From a virus (Duplodnaviria > Heunggongvirae > Uroviricota > Caudoviricetes), in the IMG/VR virus record IMGVR_UViG_3300037088_000797, positions 128,001 through 178,514 of that record: DNA of 50,514 bases; one strand, given 5' to 3'. Positions 47,285 through 50,514 of the stretch are shown here, piece by piece (the first letter of the stretch is position 1; every line of letters starts with the position of its first letter). The translations under genes were made by a program, and so were the position numbers. The notes beneath the pieces were generated by a model. The model had not been told where the DNA came from. It did no database searches and was given only the letters and a program-made list of their open reading frames with translations.

Positions 47285-48166
47285 ATGAAAAAGAAAGTTG
47301 ATGAAGAAGAAGTCGTTGTACCATATTTTGCGGAGAAAGAAGAACAGGCAGTTATAGATTATATCACTGGAACAACATCAGAAGGAAAAAACAGGATTTA
47401 TAATCAAATTCTGTTAGTGCCGTTTCGTAAAATGATCGAATCTATATTAAGACGTTATCCTATACATATTGGTAATTATGATATAGTGGAAGTAGAATCA
47501 AATGCTCGCAGTCACTTGATAGAACATATGATTAAGTATCGACCATTTATTATTGAATTTAATAAAAATGGCACTACAAAATGGACTAAATCAAACATTT
47601 ATAGATATTTTCTTATTGAAGAAGCGAATGAAAAACTAAAAACTTTAATTGGAGAAGATGAGTATAATTATAGAATATTTAACTCCAGAGCATATAGTTA
47701 TTGTCAGACAATAATTCGAAACTACTATAAAGATCATAGTAAAAAAAGCTACATCGAAAAGAAGACAAATCTTTCTTTTGATGATTATATTGATGAAATA
47801 AATGAAAATGTTGAATACTCTTATGAGCTTGAAACAGAAACACATCATCAATTTGAACAGTTGATTAATACAGTGGTTGCTAAAATAGAAGAAAAAATCA
47901 ATCCACCAAATGATGTAACGATGAAGAAGAATGAAGTTATTGTTGGTGATGCAATTATAAATGTGTTAAAAAACTGGCATGTACTATTCATGGAAGATAC
48001 CCCAGAAGGTAAATATAATAAAAGAGTCACAAACAAATTTGCTAAGAATAAAATTCTTTTGTTCTTGAAAGAGCAAACTGGATTATCGACTAAAGAAATA
48101 CGAATCGGTATTAAACCATTCAAGGAAATTTATTTCATCGAAAAAATGGACTATCTGGATGATTAA
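47285..48166 (+). CDS. Phage late sigma factor (T4 gp55-like)
   Basis: YF...E..A...Y......RIYN......F.KM.E.I, AYSYCQTIIRNY region-2-like motif. Confidence 0.6.
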   Translation: MKKKVDEEEVVVPYFAEKEEQAVIDYITGTTSEGKNRIYNQILLVPFRKMIESILRRYPIHIGNYDIVEVESNARSHLIEHMIKYRPFIIEFNKNGTTKWTKSNIYRYFLIEEANEKLKTLIGEDEYNYRIFNSRAYSYCQTIIRNYYKDHSKKSYIEKKTNLSFDDYIDEINENVEYSYELETETHHQFEQLINTVVAKIEEKINPPNDVTMKKNEVIVGDAIINVLKNWHVLFMEDTPEGKYNKRVTNKFAKNKILLFLKEQTGLSTKEIRIGIKPFKEIYFIEKMDYLDD

Positions 48167-48213
48167 CATAAATTGAATTAATATGTATTTATATGTACTA
48201 AAACTATAAAACG

Positions 48214-48633
48214 ATGCCAAGACCAATACGTAGAAGGCTTACATTTGACGAAGAAAGTGCAAATAAGCTATTTCAGGAAATATATGATGAAAGTCATAAT
48301 TTAAAAGCTAAGATTACCCGTTTGTTCACAAAATGGGAACTTAAGGTAAAAGAAGGCGGTGAAATTCAGGCAATAGGTGATCAGATTGTTAAACTTATTG
48401 CTGCAGAAGCCAAAAACCAAGATCAAAAGCTCATGCTTCTTAAATTTTTAAAAGAAGTTGTATTTGATAACACTGTCAAAGCAGGTAATGCTGTTGGTGG
48501 TCTTAATGGTGGTACAGCTAAATCGTCATCTGAAGAATCTGGTGATATATCTGCAGAAAGAAGAATGGAATTATTAAACATGGTTTCAGAACATTTTGAA
48601 AAGAAAGACAAAGAAAAAAATAAAGAAGAATAA
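48214..48633 (+). CDS. Hypothetical protein
   Basis: 139 aa, preceded by GTATTTATA at 48186. Confidence 0.6.
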   Translation: MPRPIRRRLTFDEESANKLFQEIYDESHNLKAKITRLFTKWELKVKEGGEIQAIGDQIVKLIAAEAKNQDQKLMLLKFLKEVVFDNTVKAGNAVGGLNGGTAKSSSEESGDISAERRMELLNMVSEHFEKKDKEKNKEE

Positions 48634-49952
48634 TGAGTTTAAGTGACAACAAAAGAGATATTTTTACGACCATAGGTTCATATACTTCGGTAATGTCGGC
48701 AACAAAAATGCCTACTCAGACCAATATATTTCCTTCAATTAATAATAAAAAAGAAATTGTACCTTTTATGCTCGATATTTTAAAAGTTGTTGCTGGAACA
48801 GATGCACTACAAGGATTAACTGGTGATTTATTTAGTAAGTTTATTGATAAAATTGAACCCCAATTAAAAGAGTCTTTAAAAAATCAGGCAGCACAATATA
48901 ATGCTGGTGGTAACATACCAACTTATTTTCAACCTGCTGGTACTGGTATTAGGGTTAAAGTAAAGGATTTGGATATAAGCGGTAAACTAAAGACTGACCC
49001 AACTTCTCAGGGCGGAAATTTATTATATGATAATTCTCCGACTAATTTTGATACTCAGGCATATAATGCAATTAAAAACGGTAATGCATCTTTTGGTGGT
49101 TTACATATGAAATATCAGGCATCTACTGATGAAATGGTACTTAATATGCAGGGTAGTAGTCCTTCAATTGGTAAATGGGCAGATGATTATATTGATAGTC
49201 TTAAAATTGTAAACAAAAAAGAATTTATTAGTAATGTAATGAATAAAATATATGGTACTGTTACAAAAAGTCAGAATAAGACAGTTAATGAAGCACATGA
49301 TGAATTAGTTGCCAGTGCATTAATTGCTCAAATGATTAATGATAACGACAGTTTTGAAATTTCACCAGAAGATAATGCAGCATTACTTAAACGTGCAGAA
49401 GAAGTAATAAACGGAGTGGTTAATTATGATATGGGTTGCGGTGTAATATCAGCAAGTCTGCCAATGAGTGGGTTAACAACTTTAATTAATAATATATCAG
49501 GTACAACTGGTCAAGCGATTGACCCAAATTATGTTGGTAATCAAATAAACAATACAATCGATCAGAGTATAAACAATAAAGACGTTGCAAATGCTAATAA
49601 ACAAACAATAAAAGATGGATTTTTCCAAAGACTAATCAAATTAATTACTCAGGCATTGGCAGAAGCAATGACGGCAACACCACAAATACGTGCATTGCTT
49701 TCAATTATAAGCGCATTTCAAAATCAGGGTATTACTAAAATTGGTAATATAAAAGATGATCTTAAGAAATTTAAAACACTTTTAAATTGTGTCATAAAGA
49801 CTGCAATGAAACTTATTAACGAATTTATATTTAATTTAATTAAAGTATTTTTGGTAAAACTTTTAGTACCATTAATACAGGCAATGATAAAAGAAAGAAT
49901 AACACAATACTCAGGAATAATTATGAGTTTTTTACACATAAAGACAACATGA
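48633..49952 (+). CDS. Hypothetical (probable structural) protein
   Basis: 439 aa ORF, coupled TAATG junction. Confidence 0.55.
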   Translation: MSLSDNKRDIFTTIGSYTSVMSATKMPTQTNIFPSINNKKEIVPFMLDILKVVAGTDALQGLTGDLFSKFIDKIEPQLKESLKNQAAQYNAGGNIPTYFQPAGTGIRVKVKDLDISGKLKTDPTSQGGNLLYDNSPTNFDTQAYNAIKNGNASFGGLHMKYQASTDEMVLNMQGSSPSIGKWADDYIDSLKIVNKKEFISNVMNKIYGTVTKSQNKTVNEAHDELVASALIAQMINDNDSFEISPEDNAALLKRAEEVINGVVNYDMGCGVISASLPMSGLTTLINNISGTTGQAIDPNYVGNQINNTIDQSINNKDVANANKQTIKDGFFQRLIKLITQALAEAMTATPQIRALLSIISAFQNQGITKIGNIKDDLKKFKTLLNCVIKTAMKLINEFIFNLIKVFLVKLLVPLIQAMIKERITQYSGIIMSFLHIKTT

Positions 49953-50179
49953 TAGTAGATCAAAAATTAAACAAACAGTTTGTAGGCGTTTATCTCGTTG
50001 ATAACGGTGATTTAGAAGGCACACAACTCGCAACAACAGTTAAACCTAATTGGTTCAGGATACTGACGACCAATTGGTTTTTAGGTTGGAAATGGATAAG
50101 CATTAAAGAATTAAAAGCAATTCAGGCAGTAAAAGCTGAAGCTGTAAAAGCAGCTAAAGCAGCAGAAATAGTAAAATAA
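49949..50179 (+). CDS. Small hypothetical protein
   Basis: 76 aa, ATGA overlap with the upstream gene. Confidence 0.5.
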   Translation: MIVDQKLNKQFVGVYLVDNGDLEGTQLATTVKPNWFRILTTNWFLGWKWISIKELKAIQAVKAEAVKAAKAAEIVK

Positions 50180-50180
50180 T

Positions 50181-50514
50181 ATGGCAACTGATTTCAACAA
50201 TCCAGAATCAATCATCGGTGCATTCACCAAGATATTGAACCTGTCGAGTATTGGCGGTCCGCCTACTGTGCCTACACCACTAATTCTTGTTGGTATAAAA
50301 ACACGCCCGGGACTGTCACCACTTAAAATGGCAAGCAATGTTATTGCTGGAAAAACCAAAGCAGGTTTACCTGTTGGTGCTTTACCCTCTGGTGGTGTTT
50401 CTCCTGATGAAATTATGGAAAGAATTAGGATGACAGAAATCGTAAGAGCATTTCAACAAGATGCTGTAATTACGGTGGCAATTCCACCCGGGATTACACT
50501 ATCGGCTTCAGGTA
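50181..50514 (+). CDS. Partial hypothetical (probable structural) protein MATDFNNPESIIG...
   Basis: ATG at 50181, open to the window end, RPGLSP motif. Not in the supplied track. Confidence 0.6.
   Translation, partial: MATDFNNPESIIGAFTKILNLSSIGGPPTVPTPLILVGIKTRPGLSPLKMASNVIAGKTKAGLPVGALPSGGVSPDEIMERIRMTEIVRAFQQDAVITVAIPPGITLSASG

Noticed and set aside
1036-50359. Numerous 60-160 aa ORFs antisense to or nested in long genes
   Set aside because: They lack motifs and overlap well-supported genes, so they are treated as spurious.

Overview
AT-rich segment of a large T4-like (jumbo-type) myovirus genome in standard genetic code. The host is probably Bacteroidota, since several TTG-N19-20-TAnnTTTG promoters are present. 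Left to right: (1) tail-fibre/structural genes beside a Zn-repeat homing-type endonuclease; (2) an RNA-centred accessory locus with an ARPP-family gene, a divergent TROVE/Ro60-like VWA gene, an AntA antirepressor and a ~1.6 kb non-coding RNA operon; (3) a replication/recombination block (DnaB/gp41 helicase, 5'-3' flap exonuclease, RecA/UvsX, gp32-like SSB); (4) putative head-associated proteins; (5) a ~12 kb ADP-heptose/glycosyltransferase/methyltransferase cluster; (6) baseplate and tail genes (gp53-like, OmpA-motif protein, tape measure, gp26-like chaperone with a -1 frameshift extension), interrupted by a ParB-DNA-methylase cassette; (7) a divergently transcribed block with a HAD protein, two glycosyltransferases, a gp55-like late sigma factor and probable structural genes. 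The most striking signal is the ncRNA operon at ~7975-9610 (minus strand). It is an array of 5-6 stem-closed RNA units sharing a RAA-CTG-N6-7-TTACAG(T/C)AA scaffold. Four units carry a different tRNA-derived cargo, including a complete circularly permuted cloverleaf, and the array lies next to the Ro60-like + ARPP gene pair, suggesting a diversified phage Y-RNA/tRNA-mimic system. Embedded in it is a free-standing I-Ssp6803I-like endonuclease abutting an intronless initiator-type tRNA-Met whose anticodon stem (the known I-Ssp6803I target) has been rewritten. All family assignments come from motif recognition by eye and have not been checked by database search.
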